A DNA stretch of 20,000 nt, from IMG/VR virus record IMGVR_UViG_3300044611_001480. One strand, written 5' to 3'. This DNA comes from an uncultured virus (IMG/VR IMGVR_UViG_3300044611_001480). Lineage: Duplodnaviria > Heunggongvirae > Uroviricota > Caudoviricetes. Positions 9,775 through 17,402 of this stretch are shown here, piece by piece (positions within the stretch are counted from its first letter, which is position 1; every line of letters starts with the position of its first letter). The notes below the pieces were generated by a model. The model searched no databases. It had not been told where the DNA came from and was given only the letters and a program-made list of their open reading frames with translations. A program made the position numbers and the translations under genes.

Positions 9775-12700
9775 ATGAATGGAGGAAAAGATGTAAGGTT
9801 TGGACACGATAAACGTCAAGTTTCTATTGTTCCAAATTCGGAACAAAATCTTTATAATATTGCAAATGGTGAAATATTAACAGATGAGTTTGGAACTCCT
9901 GTAATTACGGAAGTTGATACATTTTATCTTCCTGATGCAACAACAAAAAGATCTTCCTCTATTGTATTTGATGGAACAAAGAGTCCATATCCAAAACAAA
10001 GTTATCAAACAATTGGCATATTTTCTGCTTCTTATGCAGATTATGATGTATATCTAACTCAACCATTTACAGTATTGCAATCTGGTGGTGGAAATGTTGG
10101 CGTTTCTAGCACTGTTCTGATATCATCTGGATATGTGATATTGGGAAATTATCCATACCAAGAAGTTGGTACAGTGGCGGATCAAGTATCGGAAAAAAAT
10201 AAATTATATTTTGACACTTCAATTGGAATTTCAACAATACTTGGTGTTTCTGTTGGGGATTTTGTATCTGGACCAGACATTCCAGACGGAACTTATGTTG
10301 CACAAGTTTCATATAATAATAGATTAACATTATCTAATAATACAACAAATACTTCATCTCAAATTAGAGATGTTTTAATTCAAAGAAGAAATATTACTAA
10401 AGCAAAGTCAGATCCAGTTTGGAAAATTGAAGAACAATTTAAAGAAACAAGTGAAGTTAGTACAACATTACTTGGTGTCAACAGAGCAGAAACTCAACTT
10501 GCATTATTTGCAAACGTATCTAGTTATGGTTTAGATCCAGATGATTTTGAAACTTATTCATTTAATGGCGGAACAAGTTTTGGAAGTTGGGAAACAAGAA
10601 AAAATGCATTGTTTGGAAATAGATATTCAGCAACAACTACGGAAGAAACTCAAGAATCAGCAATTAAATTAACTGCATTTCCTACACCATATTCATATCC
10701 ATATGGACCAAATTTTGCTAAATTAGGTCTTTACAACGATGATCTTTTCAATCGTTATCGTTTATTCATACAACTTGGAAATGATTTATATGAATATTTC
10801 AGTATTGGTGCTGGATCATATTATCCAAGTGAGTGGAAGGAAAAGTTTTTATCTCCTGGATTTGCTTATGTGTTTGGCGGCGATGTTGTTTATGCTGCTG
10901 GAATTGATAGATCATTTGCTCAAATTGATATTTGGACTGATACTTGGAGAGATATTAAAGATGGAATTCTGATAGATCCAACCAATGGATCTGCCTTTAA
11001 TTTTGCCATAGTTAGCACTATTTTAGGTGGTTCTTATGATTCAACATCAACTCGTCCTGGATATGCTGATAATTTCAGAAGATATTCATATCTTCAATCA
11101 AGAAGAGTATTTAGATATCAACCTGGAAGAATTAGTGGATTTACTTTTGGTTTAAGGTCTTCTGTAGAACCAGTAACTGGAATTACTTTAGAATGGGGAA
11201 TTGCAAATAATAGTGATCAATATATTTTCCAAATTGATGCAGGACAATTTTTCATCATTCGCAGAAGTACAATTCCATTAGAATCTAGCGTTTTAATAAG
11301 AAATGGACTGACAATTTTTGACCAAACAAGAATTGAAAGTGGAGATCCATTTGATAGTGAAACATATTGGACAATTAAAATTCCAAAAGACAAATTCAAT
11401 GGCGACCCATTAAATTCTAATGGACCTTCTGGATATCTGCTCCAACCACAAAATGTTACAATGTATAAAATTGAATTTGGTTGGTATGGTGCGATTGGTG
11501 CAAGATTCTATGCATATATCCCAACAGATAATGGTGATGCACGATGGGTAGTAATTCACACACTTGTAATTGAAAACTCTCTGGAGGCTCCTTGCTTAAG
11601 AGATTCTTATTTTAGATTCAAATACTCTTTGAATGTTGCTAACACTGGAGATGTGAGAACACCACAATACATTTATAAGTATGGTGCTTCTTATTATATT
11701 GATGGTGGAGACGAAGGAACATCCCAAATATATTCAACATCATCCAAACAAAAAACTATTAGAACAACTGGTAGCAAATCTTTAATTGGAATTCGTCCAA
11801 AGGAATATCTATTAAATCGTGAAGGAGTTGAAATTCAAAATAAAAAAATTATTATTCCAGAAACATTAAATGTTTCCACTGACTCATTAACAGAAGTGAA
11901 AGTTGTAACTTGCAAGGCTTGTCCTGGATTTGGTCACGTTTATACTCCAGGAATAGCAACAACCGAAAGTGGTAGATATATTGACGCAGAGTTTGATACA
12001 ACAAGTAGTATTGTCTCACTAAATGATAGTTATTTTACTGAAAATGATATTGGAGCAAAGATAATTGCGCCTTCAATTTACAATGCATATATTACAAATG
12101 TGACAAATCCAATTGGTATTGGAAATTCTTATGAAAAAGCAGTAATAAAAAGATTTGCTGGTATATCTGATTTTTCATTAGAAACAAAACCAATAGCAGG
12201 AGAATTAGTTTTAGATAGAGTTTTGGGAATCACTACCACAATTGGTATCGGGACTACGTATCCACACCAAATTCGTTTAAGTAATTATAATGCCATTGCT
12301 GCTTCTGAATTTGCATTTAGTGGGTCTAAAATTGAAATTCAATTTGTAAATCCAAATAATGGAGACGATTATGCACATTTTGCAGATTTCTTGATTGGAA
12401 TTACTGACAAAAAACCAGATGTATCTCTTCCAGATACTTTGAATGGATTTATTCTTCCTGGAGCAGGCACAACAAGTGTTCTTTCAAATTCTCAAATTTT
12501 ATATGGAGAACATACACATTCTTATACTGCTGCTGATGAAGATGGAGTTGAAGTTGCAGAAGGTTGGGCACCACAACAACCACCATTAAGAATGGGAATT
12601 GATTATAGAATTCCAAATTTATCTGCACCAGCAGGTGGAGTATGTTCCAAAGTTACTGTAGATGTTTTAAATCCATTAGAAATACAAAATGTCAACGAAA

Positions 12701-13464
12701 AAAATTATCTTCCAAGTCTTACAGGAACACCACCAGAAGATCCTCAGGGAAGACGTTGGATTGAAATTGCTGGAACATTTCCAAATATTGATTATGCTGG
12801 AGGACAAATTGCAGTTAAAAATACCACTACTAACGTTATAACTATTACAAATTCTACATTTGTTGGAGTCACAAGTAGTTACACTAATACTCAAGGAAAC
12901 ATATTTTCTTATATTCAAATTTCACAAACTTTAGGATCTGTTGGATCTAATTTTACTGTTCTCATTCGTCCAGTATCTATTACTGGAACTACAATTAGTA
13001 AACAAAAACTTTATAACTACAATCCTTGGCCTTTATATTTGGTTGCAAAATTAAAAGATAATGCAGCGATCAATAATATTAGTGTCGAAGAAACTATTGG
13101 TGATTTCCAAAGAACCATTAGTCCAAAATGGTATGTTTCTAGTAATTGTACAGTTACTACTGCTGATGGAAATGCAGATATAACTGGTGCAGCACCAACT
13201 AATTTTCAGGAAATTGATAGATCTTCTTCTGCATTGATTGATATTCAAAATGATCAAACATTAAGACCATATACAGAAAGAGATACATTATATGTTGGAG
13301 CAAATTCAACAGAATCTATTAATATGAAAAAAATATTTGGTCCTGATAGATCTATCATAACACCTGACAACAATAATGTTGAGGCAACTTTTATTCTCGC
13401 CAAAAAGATTGATTCTGGTTCCACTGGAACTGTTGAAGCAAGTATAAACTTCAAAGAACAATAA
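9775..13464 (+). CDS. Phage structural protein, 'RYQPG' family paralog B (1229 aa)
   Basis: Long ORF with SD GGAGGAG at 9759-9765 inside the upstream gene's last codons. Motifs RVFRYQPGRIS, VTMYKIEFGWYGAIGA, KYGASYYIDGGD and C-terminal SINFKEQ match paralog A. Confidence 0.75.
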   Translation: MNGGKDVRFGHDKRQVSIVPNSEQNLYNIANGEILTDEFGTPVITEVDTFYLPDATTKRSSSIVFDGTKSPYPKQSYQTIGIFSASYADYDVYLTQPFTVLQSGGGNVGVSSTVLISSGYVILGNYPYQEVGTVADQVSEKNKLYFDTSIGISTILGVSVGDFVSGPDIPDGTYVAQVSYNNRLTLSNNTTNTSSQIRDVLIQRRNITKAKSDPVWKIEEQFKETSEVSTTLLGVNRAETQLALFANVSSYGLDPDDFETYSFNGGTSFGSWETRKNALFGNRYSATTTEETQESAIKLTAFPTPYSYPYGPNFAKLGLYNDDLFNRYRLFIQLGNDLYEYFSIGAGSYYPSEWKEKFLSPGFAYVFGGDVVYAAGIDRSFAQIDIWTDTWRDIKDGILIDPTNGSAFNFAIVSTILGGSYDSTSTRPGYADNFRRYSYLQSRRVFRYQPGRISGFTFGLRSSVEPVTGITLEWGIANNSDQYIFQIDAGQFFIIRRSTIPLESSVLIRNGLTIFDQTRIESGDPFDSETYWTIKIPKDKFNGDPLNSNGPSGYLLQPQNVTMYKIEFGWYGAIGARFYAYIPTDNGDARWVVIHTLVIENSLEAPCLRDSYFRFKYSLNVANTGDVRTPQYIYKYGASYYIDGGDEGTSQIYSTSSKQKTIRTTGSKSLIGIRPKEYLLNREGVEIQNKKIIIPETLNVSTDSLTEVKVVTCKACPGFGHVYTPGIATTESGRYIDAEFDTTSSIVSLNDSYFTENDIGAKIIAPSIYNAYITNVTNPIGIGNSYEKAVIKRFAGISDFSLETKPIAGELVLDRVLGITTTIGIGTTYPHQIRLSNYNAIAASEFAFSGSKIEIQFVNPNNGDDYAHFADFLIGITDKKPDVSLPDTLNGFILPGAGTTSVLSNSQILYGEHTHSYTAADEDGVEVAEGWAPQQPPLRMGIDYRIPNLSAPAGGVCSKVTVDVLNPLEIQNVNEKNYLPSLTGTPPEDPQGRRWIEIAGTFPNIDYAGGQIAVKNTTTNVITITNSTFVGVTSSYTNTQGNIFSYIQISQTLGSVGSNFTVLIRPVSITGTTISKQKLYNYNPWPLYLVAKLKDNAAINNISVEETIGDFQRTISPKWYVSSNCTVTTADGNADITGAAPTNFQEIDRSSSALIDIQNDQTLRPYTERDTLYVGANSTESINMKKIFGPDRSIITPDNNNVEATFILAKKIDSGSTGTVEASINFKEQ

Positions 13465-13470
13465 TAAATA
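13463..13470 (+). promoter_or_regulatory. T4-type late promoter (AATAAATA) with downstream SD AAGGA (13476-13480)
   Basis: 7/8 match to T4 TATAAATA (cyanophage NATAAATA form), in the only spacer longer than 3 nt in the + strand cluster, 18 nt before ATG 13489. AT-rich background lowers specificity. Confidence 0.65.
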
Positions 13471-13488
13471 AAGAAAAGGAAAATTATA

Positions 13489-14013
13489 ATGGCAAATCGT
13501 AGACCTCTAATTGTAAATGCAACTGCCAATCAAATACAAGAGATTAATGATTCTGATAGTTTGGTGGGCAATGGAATTATTCCAGTTGGTGGAATAATTA
13601 TGTGGTCTGGGACCATTGCATCTATTCCAACAGGATGGGCATTGTGTGATGGTTCCAGCAGCACTCCAGATTTAAGAAATAGATTTATTGTTGGTGCTCA
13701 TAGTGGTGCTGGAACTGGTATTACCTCTACTACTGGTCCAGGATTCAGCACAACAACTGGAGCATTAAGTTCTAATTATACTCCAGGAAATACTGGCGGA
13801 GAAACTGCACATCAATTAACTATCGCAGAACTTGCTTCTCACACTCACCCCTACAATCAAAATTCAAATAACAATACAGACCACAGCGGAACTGACACAA
13901 CAACTAATAATCCATCATTCTCTTCTCAACCAACTGGATCTACTGGTGGAGATCAATATCACGAAAACAGACCGCCATATTATGCACTTGCCTTTATTAT
14001 GAGAACTATTTAA
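13489..14013 (+). CDS. Phage tail collar domain protein / short fibre (174 aa)
   Basis: IPVGGIIMWSG...IPTGWALCDG...TPDLRNRFIVGA is the tail collar signature (PF07484-like). It is followed by GGETAHQLTIAELASHTH (HxH) and the C-terminal HENRPPYYALAFIMR typical of T4 gp12/MdpB-like collar proteins. Confidence 0.88.
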   Translation: MANRRPLIVNATANQIQEINDSDSLVGNGIIPVGGIIMWSGTIASIPTGWALCDGSSSTPDLRNRFIVGAHSGAGTGITSTTGPGFSTTTGALSSNYTPGNTGGETAHQLTIAELASHTHPYNQNSNNNTDHSGTDTTTNNPSFSSQPTGSTGGDQYHENRPPYYALAFIMRTI

Positions 14014-14014
14014 T

Positions 14015-16474
14015 ATGACATTAAGAAATCCTAAACTATTTGGTCTTAATGTAGAAAGTTTTTTTTCTGACGTAGAAAATAAAAATCAAGCACTTATTGC
14101 TTTGAATTTGCCTCCATTGGATTTGGAAGTCATTCGTGGAACTTCAAATGCAGGTACAACAAGAAATGATTTTGTAAGTTTTTCAAGATTATCTCAACCA
14201 ATATATAAAATTCTTGATCGTTATCAATCTGATTCTGGAACTTATCTTGATATTCTTTCTGGTAAAGCAGGAACAGATTCAACTCTTTTTGGTAATTTAA
14301 ATATTAATGGTGGTTTGAGTGGTAATTCAATTCGCTATCGTTATGTGGATGGAACTGGACCTTCTGCGGTAGTTAAAATTGCTGACATCTCAACATCAAG
14401 AGTAAGTGCTTGGAGCTCAAGTGCTTCTCCAGTAATTGATACTTCACCAATTTCTTATGGTGCAAGAGTTGGTATTATTACTGGAGGTTCTTTACAATTT
14501 GGAACACAATCACCTTCAGTATCTGGTCCTAGACTTCAAACAAGTATTACTCCACAAGCAAAGGAATTTGCTTCGGAATTTCCAACTCATAAAATTAATT
14601 GCACAATAGGTGGACAGACTGTAAGTCTTTATGCAATGAAAGGCATTCCTCTTGTATTTACTGGATTCTTTAGAAATTTAGATGCAACTATAACTCTAGG
14701 AAATTTAATTGGTGGAACTCCTGCAAGTTGGAAAATTGTCAACACAGCAAACGCAAACGATTTTGTGAGATTTGCAAATCAAGGAGGAAATAGTTCCACA
14801 ATTAATTACAGATCTTCTATATCAAGAGAAAGATATATTCAATTTTATTATAATCCAGATGAGATTTCTTCTATTACTATCAATTCTGCAAATATTTCTA
14901 GTCTTCCAGTTACAAAATTAGCAAATGCTACAACATTAAATTTTTCATACAACACCTTAAAAAATTTTCCAGATCTAACATTCTTTTCACCAAAGGTTGA
15001 ATCAATATATTTTACTCAAAATCCATTTTACTTAAGCGATACTGTAGTAGAAAGAAAATTAAATTCAAATATTATTGACAAAATTCCCAAAACCGTTAAG
15101 AAGTTTGTTATGGGTGGAACATTCTATGGTTCCATTACACAAAATAGCATTGCAGATCGTTTCCAAATAGATGAATCTAGGATTGGTTTAACAGAATTAA
15201 ATTTATACAGGAATAGTGGAGCATATTTCCATCCAGATGATAGTGATAATACTTGTGTTTTACCAAATGTTCCAGATAGTTGTCAAACTTATTTGGTAGA
15301 TAATAATGACTTCCGTGCTATAGGAATAGCAACTGCTGGTGATAATGCATTAGGACGTTATAATATAAAACAATTAACAAATTTAACTACATTAAGTTTA
15401 AATGGTAATTATTATCTTGAATATAATGGAGAAGATTTAATATCATCCAATAATAATAAAATACAAGCAGTAAATATATACAGCACCGCAGTGAGATGTC
15501 CAAATTTAAGCGGAAAGCAATCACTTACTACATTTTACGGTCATTATAATCGCAATATTGGAAGTATTTTTACTTCTGGTGGAACTTATAAGTTTGATGG
15601 TTGTGGATCATTGAGCACTTTATATTTTTATGCATCACCATTAACTGGTGCAATGCCAAAATTTACAAATGCTAGTTTGAGTTATTTGGAACTTCGTGCT
15701 ACTAATTTGACTGGAGGGAATCCAAATGGTGACAATACTTATGTAATTCCAGAAAGAACATTTGAACAGTCTCCAAATCTTCAGTATATGTTATTGCAGT
15801 CTGGAAATCTTCTTACCAGTCCAATACATCCAAATGCATTTACATATACTCCAAATCTTTATTATCTTTGGTATATTTCTTATGGAAGAACCACAGGAAC
15901 ACTTCCTAGTTTGGCGTCTTGTTCCAACTTAACATATCTTGTTCTTCATTATAATAATTTTAGTGGAAGTTTTCCAAATCTTGCAGCAAATCCAAATATT
16001 TACTATGTAGATTGTAGTTATAATTCTCTATCTGGAAATATACCAGGATTTAAAAATCTTTCCAATTTACATATATTATACCTTAACAATAATCAATTTA
16101 CTGGTATAACTAAATTTACAAACTTACCAAATTTGGCATATTTTTATGCCCACAATAATCAGTTATCTGGAGAAATTCCAGATTTTACTGATTGCCCAAA
16201 TATGTATTATTTGATTTTATTTAATAATCAATTGACAAGTTATAAATCTGGTTCATTCTCTTCCCTATATCGTTTAAGATATTTGGATTTGACAAATAAT
16301 TTGTTAAGTCAACAGGCAATTAACTCTATAATTTCTGATTTGTACATAAATTATACTTCAATTAATCGTGGTGGAGTTACAATTAATCTTCGTGGAAATG
16401 CATTTCCAAGTGGAACATCACTTGATTACATAGATATTTTAAGATCCAAAGGTTGGTCAATAGTACTAGATTAA
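14015..16474 (+). CDS. Leucine-rich-repeat protein with N-terminal fibre-like core (819 aa); candidate receptor-binding protein
   Basis: C-terminal repeats of 22-24 aa, e.g. LTYLVLHYNNFSGSFP, IYYVDCSYNSLSGNIP, LAYFYAHNNQLSGEIP and LRYLDLTNNLL, plus a cap INLRGN...LRSKGWSI. The N-terminal ~210 aa share motifs with the next two ORFs. Confidence 0.85.
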   Translation: MTLRNPKLFGLNVESFFSDVENKNQALIALNLPPLDLEVIRGTSNAGTTRNDFVSFSRLSQPIYKILDRYQSDSGTYLDILSGKAGTDSTLFGNLNINGGLSGNSIRYRYVDGTGPSAVVKIADISTSRVSAWSSSASPVIDTSPISYGARVGIITGGSLQFGTQSPSVSGPRLQTSITPQAKEFASEFPTHKINCTIGGQTVSLYAMKGIPLVFTGFFRNLDATITLGNLIGGTPASWKIVNTANANDFVRFANQGGNSSTINYRSSISRERYIQFYYNPDEISSITINSANISSLPVTKLANATTLNFSYNTLKNFPDLTFFSPKVESIYFTQNPFYLSDTVVERKLNSNIIDKIPKTVKKFVMGGTFYGSITQNSIADRFQIDESRIGLTELNLYRNSGAYFHPDDSDNTCVLPNVPDSCQTYLVDNNDFRAIGIATAGDNALGRYNIKQLTNLTTLSLNGNYYLEYNGEDLISSNNNKIQAVNIYSTAVRCPNLSGKQSLTTFYGHYNRNIGSIFTSGGTYKFDGCGSLSTLYFYASPLTGAMPKFTNASLSYLELRATNLTGGNPNGDNTYVIPERTFEQSPNLQYMLLQSGNLLTSPIHPNAFTYTPNLYYLWYISYGRTTGTLPSLASCSNLTYLVLHYNNFSGSFPNLAANPNIYYVDCSYNSLSGNIPGFKNLSNLHILYLNNNQFTGITKFTNLPNLAYFYAHNNQLSGEIPDFTDCPNMYYLILFNNQLTSYKSGSFSSLYRLRYLDLTNNLLSQQAINSIISDLYINYTSINRGGVTINLRGNAFPSGTSLDYIDILRSKGWSIVLD

Positions 16475-16475
16475 A

Positions 16476-17402
16476 ATGACAAAACAAAATCAAGGTTTTA
16501 GAAGAGATTTAAATTTCCAAGAAAATACTAATGATACACAATCTTTAAGTAATCTTGGTGGTGCTGGAATTGCAAACGATTTACGTATTTTACAAAATAA
16601 TTTAAGAAATACTTCAACACTATCATTCAATACTGTTGTTGGTGCAGCAATATCAAGTGGACATTTTTATTTTGGTCCAACTGAATTTGTATTCACAAAT
16701 GATGATGTTGTTGGGGTAAAGACTGATATCACAGTTGGTGTTGGTGTTACTTTATATAAAGATAGTACTTATTATATTTGTAATTCAAATAGCGAAAACC
16801 AATTTAAATTATCAACAACTCCATCTAATGTTGGCGTAAATACAATTACTGTTTCTTCCGTATCATCAAGTTTTGATTTTGTTCGTAAAGATCCAGTACA
16901 TAAAGAAAATATTTTAAATCTAGTAAAACCAATCATTCAAGATACTGAAAATTTTAATTATCTTGGCGGATCATCAATCAATAGTGTTTTTGATGGTATA
17001 GCAGCAGCAAACGAAACTGCCAGATTTTTTATTACAAAAAAATATAAAGGAAATGAAAATACAGTATCAAATAATGATATTAATGTTGAAGGATCTATTA
17101 AAATAAATGATCCACAAAACTTCAATGCTGGATCTTCGCAACTATCTGACACAAGATCTCCTGGTATTTTTATTGGTGACACTCGTGCATTTTCAAGTGA
17201 CAATAATCCTTGGGCACAAGTTGGGACTGCTTTATCAACTTTAAGTAGTTCAGTTTCAATTGGAGAACTTTATTTTGCAAATGATATAACAATCACTGGA
17301 ATTGGCGCAGAGACTGCAACAAATGTTGCAGTCACAACTTATACTCACAAATTACCAGTTGTAATTAATGGCGAAACTTATTATATTTTATTACGCACAT
17401 AG
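16476..17402 (+). CDS. Phage structural protein (308 aa), related to the two flanking ORFs
   Basis: Starts 1 nt after the upstream stop. N-terminal GFRRDLNFQENTNDTQSLSNLG, an internal repeat (FTNDDVV...TYYICNSNSENQFKLST) and C-terminal THKLPVVINGETYYILL. Confidence 0.75.
   Translation: MTKQNQGFRRDLNFQENTNDTQSLSNLGGAGIANDLRILQNNLRNTSTLSFNTVVGAAISSGHFYFGPTEFVFTNDDVVGVKTDITVGVGVTLYKDSTYYICNSNSENQFKLSTTPSNVGVNTITVSSVSSSFDFVRKDPVHKENILNLVKPIIQDTENFNYLGGSSINSVFDGIAAANETARFFITKKYKGNENTVSNNDINVEGSIKINDPQNFNAGSSQLSDTRSPGIFIGDTRAFSSDNNPWAQVGTALSTLSSSVSIGELYFANDITITGIGAETATNVAVTTYTHKLPVVINGETYYILLRT

Noticed and set aside
9769..9777. In-frame TGA-TTT-ATG junction suggesting readthrough fusion or recoded TGA between the two RYQPG paralogs
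   Set aside because: Both paralogs end in homologous C-termini (SLTWEEQ / SINFKEQ), the second has a strong SD, and no other gene needs stop recoding. Simple translational coupling suffices.
15590..16474. LRR as a diversity-generating retroelement target
   Set aside because: No template/variable repeat pair differing at adenines and no reverse transcriptase were seen in the window. One elsewhere in the genome cannot be excluded.
14015..16474. Plant or other eukaryotic contamination or chimeric assembly, given the plant-type LRR
   Set aside because: No introns, signal peptide, transmembrane or kinase domain. Composition matches the neighbours, gene gaps are 1 nt, and the N-terminus is homologous to adjacent phage genes.
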